Under the pieces are notes generated by a model that was given only the letters and a program-made list of their open reading frames with translations, ran no database searches and was not told where the DNA came from. Positions 18,894 to 28,000 of a stretch of DNA of 64,000 nucleotides are shown here, one piece after another (position 1 is the first letter of the stretch; every line of letters begins with the position of its first letter). A program made the translations under genes and the position numbers. This DNA is from Bacteroidales bacterium UBA6397 (GTDB lineage: Bacteria; Bacteroidota; Bacteroidia; Bacteroidales; UBA932): NCBI GenBank assembly GCA_002439875.1, contig DJQB01000036.1:139079-203078 (forward strand), read 5' to 3'.

Positions 18894-20438
18894 TTATGCT
18901 CCTGTTCCGCCACCTTCAGAACCTCCTTGGCCTTCTGAGCCCGAACCACCGGATTGAGTTGCCTTCTTCCCGTTCTCCCACTTGTCGGTGTCCGGGACAT
19001 CGGAAACGATGCTCTCCACCGGAGTGTAGCCGTCAGGAACAGCGGCATAGACAGCCTCGGCAATCTTGAAGCCTACAGAGAGGGAATATTCACCGAAGAC
19101 CTTCACATCGTAGTTCTGCTCCTCGATCTTGACGATGCAGTTTTCCGCCTTGGAGAGGTCAACCAGTTCCACGAAGTTCTCCTTCGGAGTCGCGAAGATG
19201 ATAGGGGAGTTATACATCGATTTCAGAGGCACAAGATGGAAGTTCGTGAAACGTATGCTTCCATCGTTCTCGTAGCCGGTGTACTTGCCGTTCACCGCGA
19301 AGTCGGCTCTCTTGTAGCGGGTCAGCAACTGCTCTGAGCAGTGGATGGTCACGATGTGTGCGAACAGCCCAGAGATGCTGTCCACGAAGCCATCGATGTA
19401 GGCAAGAAGCTCAGAGTCGGACATTGTCATAGGATCTGCTGCCGACTTGTAGTAGTTGATCTTGCAGTTCTCATCAGTCTTTCCTTCCACAAGGATGGTC
19501 TCGAAACCGTCCATGGAGTTCTTGGCGGCTTTACCTGCATCACCGTCTGCGACAACGCCAGCGTCAACGAACTTACCCTTCGCGATCATCGAGATGGTGA
19601 TGTCATCCAGCACCTTAGGAAGGATGTGATTCTCGATGATGTAGCGAGTGATAGGCATGTCGGACATCGTCTTGCCCTGCTCGTAGAGATAGAGCAGCCA
19701 GCTCTTCAGCACGTCAGCAGGCTGAATAAGCACGTTCAACTTGTGACGACGGTATGGGATGCGGATTGGAGTGAACTTGGCAGCTCCCTTAGGAGTCCAT
19801 TTCGGAGTGAACTGCTGTGACACCTCTGACATGATGGCCGTGCTTGCGATGTAGTCAGTGTTGGACTGGATGCGGGTCATGTGCTTGGCGTCATCGAATC
19901 CGTTGTAGATCCTCTTGTTCAGAAGTTCGAGCTTCATCTTTGGAGGCATCACCATCGAGAACTCAGCGTTGAGATCTGTGATGTTGATGGAAGCGTCATC
20001 AAGCGCGGTGAAAGCGTAAGGATTGACGGAGTCAAGTGCTTCCTTAACTATCTTGTTGTGGGCCGCAGCCATGTTGATGGCAAAGGTCTTAGCCTCCTTC
20101 GATGCTGGTGTAGCCGTGGCTTTCGGCTTTGGTTCTGGCTCGGATGCCAAAGAGACAACGTCTTTCTGAAGCTTCTTTACTTGCTCTTTAAGAGCAGCTG
20201 TTGCCTCAGCGGTCTTTGCCTCTACAGCGGCATCGAAAAGGGTCACGGCATCGCCCTCTTCATCGAGATTGATGCTTTCGAGTTTGTCAAGAAAGTCATG
20301 GCCATAGTTCTCCAGAACCTTCTGGCGTTCCTGATCGGAAAGGGAAACCTTGCCGTCCTTGACGTCAAGTTCGCTCTTGCCGAAGAGACGGGCTACAAGT
20401 CGCCCCATCTTGGAATTGTTGAGAGTTTTCGTATCCAT
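18894..20438 (-). CDS. Major capsid protein with an N-terminal scaffold-like coiled coil
   Basis: 514 aa directly downstream of the S49 prohead protease. It has an N-terminal ~110 aa charged helical region and a C-terminal GGSGSEGQGGSEGGG tail. Confidence 0.7.
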   Translation of the reverse strand: MDTKTLNNSKMGRLVARLFGKSELDVKDGKVSLSDQERQKVLENYGHDFLDKLESINLDEEGDAVTLFDAAVEAKTAEATAALKEQVKKLQKDVVSLASEPEPKPKATATPASKEAKTFAINMAAAHNKIVKEALDSVNPYAFTALDDASINITDLNAEFSMVMPPKMKLELLNKRIYNGFDDAKHMTRIQSNTDYIASTAIMSEVSQQFTPKWTPKGAAKFTPIRIPYRRHKLNVLIQPADVLKSWLLYLYEQGKTMSDMPITRYIIENHILPKVLDDITISMIAKGKFVDAGVVADGDAGKAAKNSMDGFETILVEGKTDENCKINYYKSAADPMTMSDSELLAYIDGFVDSISGLFAHIVTIHCSEQLLTRYKRADFAVNGKYTGYENDGSIRFTNFHLVPLKSMYNSPIIFATPKENFVELVDLSKAENCIVKIEEQNYDVKVFGEYSLSVGFKIAEAVYAAVPDGYTPVESIVSDVPDTDKWENGKKATQSGGSGSEGQGGSEGGGTGA

Positions 20439-20453
20439 TATTTTAAAGATTGG

Positions 20454-21299
20454 TTAAACGCTTGTGAGTGCGAAGACCGCCTCGATGGTCTCAGGGAGCG
20501 TCTTCTTTGCATCGGCCATGTTTAGGCGTAACGCATCGGCTGTGTAGAACATCGAACCACTCAAAACACCGTGCTCTTCTTTCAGAATATTCGGTCTTCC
20601 TGACACGACTGCATTCTGAAACTGTTTCACCAGCGGTTTGAGTTCTGCCTTGGCCGCATCGAAATTGCCTGCCAGTGCGTCCCTGTAGGCGCGGTTCTTC
20701 TCCGAGGATTCATCCGAATAGACTGTGAGGGTCTTTTCTCCAGTCGATGGATTGACTGCTGAATAGTCCACATAGACGGCCATTGCTCCGATGGATCCAA
20801 CCTCGGACATGTCATTGTCCATGTAGATAGCATCACATTGCGAGGCCACCCAGTAGGCAGCCGAAGCGCAACAGTCAACGTGAGCATATACCGGTTTCCC
20901 TTTGGATTTGGCGTAGCCTATTGCTTCGAGCATAGGTGGGATGGCCGAAGAGCTTCCGCCTGGGGAGTCTATGTTCAGGACGATACCGATGACATTTCCG
21001 TCATCGGCCATCTCCCGGATCTTTTTAGCTATGAATGTTGTTCCGTAACTTTCGCACGTGTCGTACTTGGTCATCGTGCCGTGAAGAGGGACAACGGCTA
21101 CACTCTTTGATTCCTCGGCCTTAGCATCAGAATCGACCACGGTGGAGAACACCGCGGTCTTTGCCTCCATCTCCACAGGCAGCCTATTGAGAAACGCCCT
21201 GGCCACCAGAAGCAATGTGTCAGGGTTGGCGACAAGCCATCTTCCCTGCATTATGTCCCTTGCTAGCTGGAATGTGTCTGCTTTCATCTTATGTATCAA
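20454..21299 (-). CDS. Prohead protease, S49 (SppA/ClpP-fold) family
   Basis: The motifs NIDSPGGSSSA and SAAYWVASQCD...VGSIGAM are typical of S49 peptidases. Confidence 0.8.
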   Translation of the reverse strand: MIHKMKADTFQLARDIMQGRWLVANPDTLLLVARAFLNRLPVEMEAKTAVFSTVVDSDAKAEESKSVAVVPLHGTMTKYDTCESYGTTFIAKKIREMADDGNVIGIVLNIDSPGGSSSAIPPMLEAIGYAKSKGKPVYAHVDCCASAAYWVASQCDAIYMDNDMSEVGSIGAMAVYVDYSAVNPSTGEKTLTVYSDESSEKNRAYRDALAGNFDAAKAELKPLVKQFQNAVVSGRPNILKEEHGVLSGSMFYTADALRLNMADAKKTLPETIEAVFALTSV

Positions 21300-21345
21300 T
21301 GTTTACGCAAAGATAAAAGCAGGCTCCCCGACACGAAAGGACACG

Positions 21346-21669
21346 CTAATAGATAGGGAATTGGTAGGAACAGGACAATTTCAAAGAGTTGGTCTCGTTG
21401 ACCTCGAAAGTCAAAGGTAGGTCTTCAGTTCCGTAAGTCTCATCGTCACCGTGGCAGAATCCTACCATTAATATAAGGTTATCCCTCATTACATCGGAAG
21501 CCTCCGACAGTGTGGCGTTGATCTTGACGGTGGCCAGTCTTCCGGCGTCCTCCGTCTTCTCAGATCTCTCAATCGTGGCCGTTCCCGGAACGAGCGCCAG
21601 CTTGTGCCAGACACCGTCCTGCTTGTCAAGGCTCTGAGCCTGTAGTGTGTCAATGATTCTGATCATCAT
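21346..21669 (-). CDS. Phage hypothetical protein (107 aa)
   Basis: ORF upstream of the protease gene. Confidence 0.55.
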   Translation of the reverse strand: MMIRIIDTLQAQSLDKQDGVWHKLALVPGTATIERSEKTEDAGRLATVKINATLSEASDVMRDNLILMVGFCHGDDETYGTEDLPLTFEVNETNSLKLSCSYQFPIY

Positions 21670-22198
21670 TCAATCCCTTTAAGTTTATTGTTCTGTCAAT
21701 GTAGTGAATCCTTTGCAGAAGTTTCCCGGTCATCTTGTCAAGAACCTGCTGCGATTGCCTGTAGATCCGCTTGTGAAGAGCGTCAAACCGGTCTGACGTG
21801 AACAGACCTCTGGACACGATGAACGCTGAGACTATGTCCTTCTTCTGGAATCCAAGCTCGAAGCCAGCAAGGTAATACTGTTTGAACTCGATATCGAAAA
21901 AAGCCGATATGGCCATGTTCAGCGCAGCCGTGTCGTGCCTGTTGTAGTAGAGGAATCTGTTGATAAGAGGCTTGGTCGCCTCGTCGTTCGGAAGAATTAG
22001 TTCCACGAAGCCGTCACCGTCCGCTGGCACCGGACGATCCGACACCTTACAGTGGGCGACGAGCAGCTTGCCTATGCTTTTTCGTGCACAGACTTTCAGA
22101 GGTCCTCCCGGACTATCAGGTGGGAACAGATAGGCCAGATAATCCGCCATCATCAGCGAATCCACTTTCAATTTGACATCGAGCATTTCACAGTTCAT
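21650..22198 (-). CDS. Phage hypothetical protein (182 aa), first gene after the iteron region
   Basis: ORF with the ATG at 22198, immediately downstream of the 8-mer repeat array. Confidence 0.6.
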   Translation of the reverse strand: MNCEMLDVKLKVDSLMMADYLAYLFPPDSPGGPLKVCARKSIGKLLVAHCKVSDRPVPADGDGFVELILPNDEATKPLINRFLYYNRHDTAALNMAISAFFDIEFKQYYLAGFELGFQKKDIVSAFIVSRGLFTSDRFDALHKRIYRQSQQVLDKMTGKLLQRIHYIDRTINLKGLNDDQNH

Positions 22199-22232
22199 TA
22201 ATTATATGGGACACATTTTTCGCAAAAACATC

Positions 22233-22453
22233 AACTACACTAACTACACTTGAAGCTATGTTTGATTATCAATGAGTTAACTAAAAACGAGGTGTAGTTG
22301 AGCCCCCAAATTGTGTAGTTAGTGTAGTTGAAGCCAGAGCAAGTGTAGTTGAATGTAGTTGGAGTGTAGTTCTCCAACTACACCGTAACTATACCTTATT
22401 TCATTAATATTCATTCATTTGCTTCAAGTGTAGTTAGTGTAGTTAGTGTAGTT
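22233..22453. repeat. Iteron-like array: about 12 copies of GTGTAGTT in both orientations
   Basis: Forward copies are at 22292, 22313, 22322, 22343, 22353 (ATGTAGTT), 22364, 22428, 22437 and 22446. Inverted copies are at 22233, 22242 and 22376. The outer blocks form an inverted repeat: TCAACTACACTAACTACACTTGAAGC against GCTTCAAGTGTAGTTAGTGTAGTT. Confidence 0.85.
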
Positions 22454-22786
22454 GGGGTTTTTCTTTTCCTCAGCAAAAATATTTTTCCCAAAATTACGTA
22501 ATTTATTGAAGAACTACAATAGATAAGACAAGATAATCTTTTGTTCTTTTTGAATATAACTAAAAACTCCTCTCTTACTTGTGCTAAATTTTGGCACAAT
22601 CACTGCGATTTCCCTCTTTTTCCTCGATTCTCCCGAAAACCGCCCATTTGATGAAAATTGTAAGCAAAATCCCTTGTTTTTCTTATTGTTTTCGCCATTG
22701 GCTATTGAAAACTCCATTTCACGCACTTCCCTCCAATAAAAATTGTAAGAGCGAACTAAGATTCAGCTTCTTAATCCGCACTTACC

Positions 22787-22821
22787 AAAATAAGAAAAGC
22801 CATGGAAGAATCTCCCATGGC
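22787..22821 (-). terminator. Rho-independent terminator after the SecB-like gene
   Basis: Hairpin GCCATGG-N9-CCATGGC at 22799..22821, followed on the minus strand by TTTTCTTATTTT. Confidence 0.7.
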
Positions 22822-22846
22822 ATCATATTATTTCTAAAACAGAATC

Positions 22847-23272
22847 CTATTTGACTTTATCATCTAATGGGATTTTTACATCATTTGGGATCATATTGGT
22901 CACATTGATTGGAGGCAGTATGTATTGACTGTAAGGTGTCCCTTCCGTCTTGCACACTAATACCCCTCTTGCCGTGCCAACCGTGTGCATGGCAAGATGA
23001 GCCAAAAATCCGGATGGTATGATCATCTTTCCGTCTTTTACCTCAAACTCTTCTGCACCGTCAATCTTGAATCTACACGTGAGTTCAAGTATCAATATTT
23101 TCGTGTCCTGATGTCTGAAAAGAAACTTCATCTTGATCGCGGCCTCTAATGGGTCCAAGGAGAAGGATGAGATTAAATCCACATCCACCTGCCATTCCTT
23201 CACCTTCTCATATTCGTCCGCTAGTATTGCAAACTGGTCTATGGCGACCCCCGTCATTCTGAACTTTACCAT
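22847..23272 (-). CDS. SecB-like chaperone candidate, third gene of a toxin-antitoxin-chaperone module
   Basis: 141 aa. The pattern ILELTCRFKIDG ... IPSGFLAHLAMHTVGTARGVL...YILPPINVTNMI resembles the SecB C-terminal consensus (...LFPY.R......G.P.L.L.P.NF). It starts 1 nt after the antitoxin stop. Confidence 0.5.
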   Translation of the reverse strand: MVKFRMTGVAIDQFAILADEYEKVKEWQVDVDLISSFSLDPLEAAIKMKFLFRHQDTKILILELTCRFKIDGAEEFEVKDGKMIIPSGFLAHLAMHTVGTARGVLVCKTEGTPYSQYILPPINVTNMIPNDVKIPLDDKVK

Positions 23273-23273
23273 A

Positions 23274-23624
23274 TTATGCTGCGTTTAGATATTCAGTGTC
23301 ATCAGTAGGCTTGAACGTTACGCTTGAAGAGCTTTTCGCTGTCACTCTGCATCCGCCTTCTTCCACAACGGCTTCGATAGGCACAAACTGGATTTTAGGA
23401 ATATACCCGAAATCCATCGATAATTCCACGAATTTGGAGAGTCTGTGGTCGTAGTCTCCGTTCAGAACTTGAGACACATATCCCGCTGACACTCCGAGGT
23501 GTTCAGCAAGCTGTTTTTTATTCAGTCCTTTCCGCTTCATGAACTTTCCTGCGCATTCGTATAACGCCATCTGGATTCTCGCTGCCCAATAAGCGGGCGA
23601 CCTTAATACTCTTTCACGGCTCAT
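23274..23624 (-). CDS. XRE-family HTH antitoxin (HigA-like) with a C-terminal extension
   Basis: HTH motif NKKQLAEHLGVSAGYVSQVLNGD. It follows the toxin gene by 2 nt. Confidence 0.75.
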   Translation of the reverse strand: MSRERVLRSPAYWAARIQMALYECAGKFMKRKGLNKKQLAEHLGVSAGYVSQVLNGDYDHRLSKFVELSMDFGYIPKIQFVPIEAVVEEGGCRVTAKSSSSVTFKPTDDTEYLNAA

Positions 23625-23626
23625 AA

Positions 23627-24007
23627 TTAAAACTCTTTTATCTTCTTGGCAAGAACTGCTACATCCTTGTCTTGATTCTTCTTATATCCACCCATGACTA
23701 TATAGACATTGGGCTTCCTAAGTATCACATATACTCTGAGATCGTTGGATTTAAACTCGTAAACATCCTCCCTTTTCAGCCCTTTGATGTTGCGGAATTT
23801 CTCTTTAGGCAAAAGTGTAGGACCGAACAAGTCCATATAGGCGATGATCTTGTCCATGCTCTTGGCATCCCTGGACTTTGCGTTTTCCGTCACTTTCTCA
23901 TAAAACTGCTCAAACTGGCATTCCCCATCAATGAACAATTTGAAAAACAAGTAATCGTTCTCATTGTCAACATCTTCAAATATTTTGTAAAAATATTCAG
24001 CCATCAA
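23627..24007 (-). CDS. RelE/ParE-superfamily toxin (Gp49/HigB-like)
   Basis: The C-terminal VYEFKSNDLRVYVILRKPNVYIVMGGYKKNQDKD matches the Gp49-like RelE pattern. Confidence 0.7.
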   Translation of the reverse strand: MMAEYFYKIFEDVDNENDYLFFKLFIDGECQFEQFYEKVTENAKSRDAKSMDKIIAYMDLFGPTLLPKEKFRNIKGLKREDVYEFKSNDLRVYVILRKPNVYIVMGGYKKNQDKDVAVLAKKIKEF

Positions 24008-24082
24008 TTTATTTTAGTTATCGCTAAATTTTTTGCAAATATCGTCATTCTTTCCTTAACATCCAACCATTTCCCGAAAAAG

Positions 24083-24112
24083 GTATTGCTTTTGTATTGC
24101 GAATGAGTTTAC
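24083..24112 (-). promoter_or_regulatory. Conserved 30-bp element, copy 3
   Basis: The plus strand reads GTATTGCTTTTGTATTGCGAATGAGTTTAC. It sits directly after the terminator T-run and 75 nt upstream of the toxin ATG. Confidence 0.6.
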
Positions 24113-24141
24113 GAAAAAGCGGCACCCGAAAGGATGCCGCT
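24113..24141 (-). terminator. Rho-independent terminator after the DUF5053-like gene
   Basis: Hairpin AGCGGCA-N10-TGCCGCT followed on the minus strand by TTTTTC. Confidence 0.75.
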
Positions 24142-24213
24142 CCGGCCTCGTCTCCTGGCGGCCATTTTGTCAAAACAAACAAGATCTGTTGAAGTTAACA
24201 GAAGGTTGGAGAC

Positions 24214-24444
24214 TTAGAGGTTGTCGGCCGCACGCTGTATTCTGTCAGCGAGGTCGCAAAGCGCGCCCTTCAGTTGCTGGAGCTCTTCGGGGGTGAAGTC
24301 TGTTTCCTTGCCGTTTCCGTCCCGCCCGTCAAGTTTGTGATATAACCAAGATGGCGATCTCTGTAAGTAGTTCTTTGCAAGTCTGCCAAGATTGATGTCC
24401 AAAAACACCCCGATGTTTTCCCGTTTGATTCTTGTGCCTTCCAT
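24214..24444 (-). CDS. DUF5053-like small protein
   Basis: SWLYHKLDGRDGNGKETDFTPEELQQLKGALCDLADRIQRAADNL matches my memory of this Bacteroides-associated family. Confidence 0.6.
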   Translation of the reverse strand: MEGTRIKRENIGVFLDINLGRLAKNYLQRSPSWLYHKLDGRDGNGKETDFTPEELQQLKGALCDLADRIQRAADNL

Positions 24445-24716
24445 ATCATTGTGTTTTTAATGGAGGCCCGAAGGCCTCCGTTTTTCATTCTCCCTACATC
24501 AGTTCGTTGAGTAGTCGTTGGATTTCCTATTCGAACTCAGCCTTGTTCTCCATCCACCCTCTTGCGGCCTTGAAGTTTCTGATTGCCTCAATCAGGTCCT
24601 TCTCTTTTTCGTTTAACTTCTTCATATCTTGTTTGTTTTTGTTGATATAAAGATAGTACAAAATTTCGTACTATGCAAATATTTGAGAAGGAATTTCCAA
24701 AATAATTCACTCTTTT

Positions 24717-25022
24717 TCAGACCTTTCCGAATATACTCTCAAGTTCCTCCGAGGTGTCCGGATCGCGTCTGATCCTGCGGTAATCATGACTGAAGGTGAT
24801 GCTGACAAGGCGTTCCTGATGGCAGATGCAGATCAGGCCGATGACAGCTTCGTAGTCACGAGGGGAGACCTGAACGAGATAGTCCACCCATTCCCGGAGC
24901 GGAAGGCCGCGCAGCCAGTTCACGTACACCCTCCGCCTTGCCGCGATCATATTGGCATACCTGTTCCGGAACGCATCTTCCTGCTCCTTGGAATACAGGA
25001 CATATTTCCGAAGATCCTCCAT
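24717..25022 (-). CDS. Phage hypothetical protein (101 aa)
   Basis: The ATG at 25022 overlaps the primase stop (TGATG). Confidence 0.55.
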   Translation of the reverse strand: MEDLRKYVLYSKEQEDAFRNRYANMIAARRRVYVNWLRGLPLREWVDYLVQVSPRDYEAVIGLICICHQERLVSITFSHDYRRIRRDPDTSEELESIFGKV

Positions 25023-28000
25023 CACTTCTCCCAAGGTTCGGCTTCAGTCGATTCAGCGGACTCAGTGACCGGTGGGGGAGTGCTGGCCGCGGTGCGGTTG
25101 TCCCCGATTTCCAGCGTGTCGGTGGAGATGTCCAGATCGATGCCATAGTTGACCTTGAGCGCGTCATAGTCAAAGACCATCGCGGTGGTCACACGGCTCT
25201 TGCCTGTCTCAGGATTGCTCGACACATAGGTCTTGTTCTCCAGCAGCTTGAACCGCATCGACTTGGCCGTCCCGATGAACTCAGGCGAATGCTCAAGATA
25301 GTACTTCAGCGAATCCCTCGGAATCACCTTGCCGTTCACGTCCTTGCCCTCCTTCATGTAGAGGGCCGAAAGCCGCTGGAACGCCAGATAGATGTACCGC
25401 ACACCGTGTTTGGGCTCGAACGGAACATCCGATTCCTTGATGGCGAACGGACGGTCCCCGGCGCAAAGCTTATAGTCGATGTTGATGTACGCCTGCCCGG
25501 ATGCCACCAGATTCTCCACAATCTCCCAGAATCCAGAAAGCTCGTTGTTCTGCTTGGTCTTCTGATTCTGGTCCACGCAACCCTTGCAGCAAAGCTTGAA
25601 CATCTCCTCGCTGTCAAACGGCACATCGATGTCCGTCCTCAAAGTCCTATAGGCGGCCAGCAGGATAGCCCAGTTCCTCAGGGTCCTGTCCTCGACATTG
25701 TACGACCGCACTCTGTCATTCATGTCCGACAACGTCTCATCCCACACCCTCCTGAAATCCGTCTGGAACTTGGAGCGCAACTGCAACAACTGGTTCGTCA
25801 GATGCGTAAGCCCGCGCTTCTCGACAAGCTTCAGATTCTCGTAGTTCCTCTTCTCCTGATCACTGAACGTGGTCTTGCTGAACGTCAGGAACACAAGGCG
25901 GTTGAACAGGGCTATGTCAGCGGTCGGCATCTCCTGACCGCTCATCACGACCCCGCAGTCCACAGCTGTGGTCTCACGTCTCTTGTCATTGTCCATATTC
26001 ATCCTCGAACGCCCCGCACCGTCCCATATTCCCTTCAGGAACTCCCTCTTCTCAAGGTCAAGGTTGTTCTTATATTCATCAAGATGCACCACCGCGTTGC
26101 TGACTTCCGCCACAGCCTCGGCAAGAGCCGCCTTGGTCGTGTTGTTGATGTTTGGCGCGATGTTGTTGCTGACAAAGAATGATGTAAGCGAATGTCCCAG
26201 CTCCGACTTTCCCGTGCCTTTCGGACCGAACAGATCCAGAATGGGAAAGGAGGTCGTCACTGATGTCACCACATCCTTGAACAGCGAAGCGAACAGGAAG
26301 CAAAGCGCCACCTTGGCGTTGTCCCCGAACACTGTGATGAGCTTCTCTGAATATTCCCGAAGCGTGATGGTGTTGGTCTCCGTGTAGACGAACTTCCTTG
26401 CCAGCTGGTAGCCTTGGGTGTTGTCCCTTGTGTCCAGCGCGCAACCAGGAAGATAGAACTTCTGCCCCTTGATGTCGATGATTCCGTACTTGTCCACCGG
26501 CTTGAACGTGCCGTTGTCAAGGCCGCCGTTGCCCCAAGCGTAGAAGCCCCACTTCTTCTGCCAACCCAGCTGCTTGATCTCATCAGCCGAAGGGGTTCCG
26601 TCATAGAGGAACTTCTTCAGTGAGGTAAGCTCGTTGGCCGTGGCCTCCCACACATAGTTCCCCGCTGTCTCGACCCTCGTCTTGAAATCCGTGAACGACA
26701 CAAGCTCGCTTTGGTTCAACTTCACCACCGCCTCCTGCATCTTGACGTTCCGCAGCGTGAATATTCTCCGAGCGTTCTTCTCATCCCGGATGTGGAGGAT
26801 CGGAGTCATCGTGAAATTGCTCCACCTCATGTCGTTCCCGGATCTTGAAGCTCCATAGTAGCAGTTGTTCTTGACGTAGAAGCCATAGTTCTGGAGCATC
26901 TCCTTAGTGCCGTCCTCCTTGGCCTCCGCACGCTCCTGATCATTCTTGGCCTTGAAATATTCCTGGTTCCAGATCTTCCCGAACTTGTAGGTCTTCGTGA
27001 AGGTCTCCCTGTACATGTCAGCCGAACTCTGATCCGGCACCTTGGCCAGCAGCTTGCAGACCTCGGTGATCACGGCTGCCTTCTCTGTCTGGGACGTGGC
27101 CGCGTCCATCCATTTCTTGCAGATCCAAGGAATATAATCGTTCGTCCTTTGGAGGTTGCATTCATCGAACTCGTGCTGGTGCGTCCGGAAAAACTCATCG
27201 GCATCCTTGCCAAGTTCAGCGGGCAACTCCATCACACTGACCGAAAGACCGGCCTCCGTCATCAGCTTTGCGTTCTTCTGCACTGCCTCGACTCCGGCCT
27301 TGTCGGTGTCCCCTATGATTGTGACCCTTTCAGCCCTTGTTTTCAGAAGGTCGATTTGTTCCTGAGTCAATGCCGTGCCGCAAGGAGCCACCGCGTTCTT
27401 GACTCCGATCTCGTGCAAGCGACAAACATCCAGATTGCCCTCGACAAGGTAAGCCTGCTTGGTGGCGTAGATCTGCATATTCGCCTGAAGCCACCCGAAA
27501 AGGATTCCCTTCTTCCTGTACAGCTCCGTCTCCCCGGTGTTCAAGTACTTGGGAACACCCGGTTTGTCACCGATGTAGCGTCCGGAAAACCCTGCGATGT
27601 AGCCGCTTGCCCAGAAGACCGGGAACATAATCCTGTGTCTGAACGAGTCATAGACCTGCCCGGTGTCCTCGTTCCTCTTGACCAGTCCTGCCGCAAGCAG
27701 CACGTCCTCCTTCCAGCCAAGCCCCGTCAGATACTGTTTCAGCCCACCCTTTTCAGGAGCGTAGCCTATGCCGAACAGTTCAGCGGTCTCGACCTTGATC
27801 CCGCGCTTCTTAAGGACATATTCCTTGGCGCCAGGCGACTCCTTGTACCGCTGGATGAACCACTCGGAGGCCAGCTTGTTCACTGTCATCAGCTGTGACC
27901 GCCTGAACTCCGCAGCCTTCTCTTCCGGTGTCGGCTCCTTCTTCTCGTAGTCGATTCCCAACCGCCCGGCAAGATGCTCCACGGCCTCGTAGAACGTCAT

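Noticed and set aside
22233-22453. A CRISPR array as the explanation for the clustered short repeats.
   Set aside because: The repeat unit is only 8-9 bp and occurs in both orientations. Spacings are irregular (0-25 bp) and there are no unique spacers of 25-40 bp. No cas genes are in the window.
24527-24625. A 32-aa minus-strand ORF (MKKLNEKEKDLIEAIRNFKAARGWMENKAEFE) upstream of the DUF5053-like gene.
   Set aside because: It is plausible but too short to support without homology or expression data, so I did not list it as a feature.
24938-26182. The 414-aa plus-strand ORF, and likewise 27149..27898 (249 aa), both antisense to the primase-helicase gene.
   Set aside because: The composition is Arg/His/Leu/Pro-rich and low in complexity, as expected from the complement of a codon-biased gene. 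Both lie entirely within a well-supported CDS, and no start context was seen.
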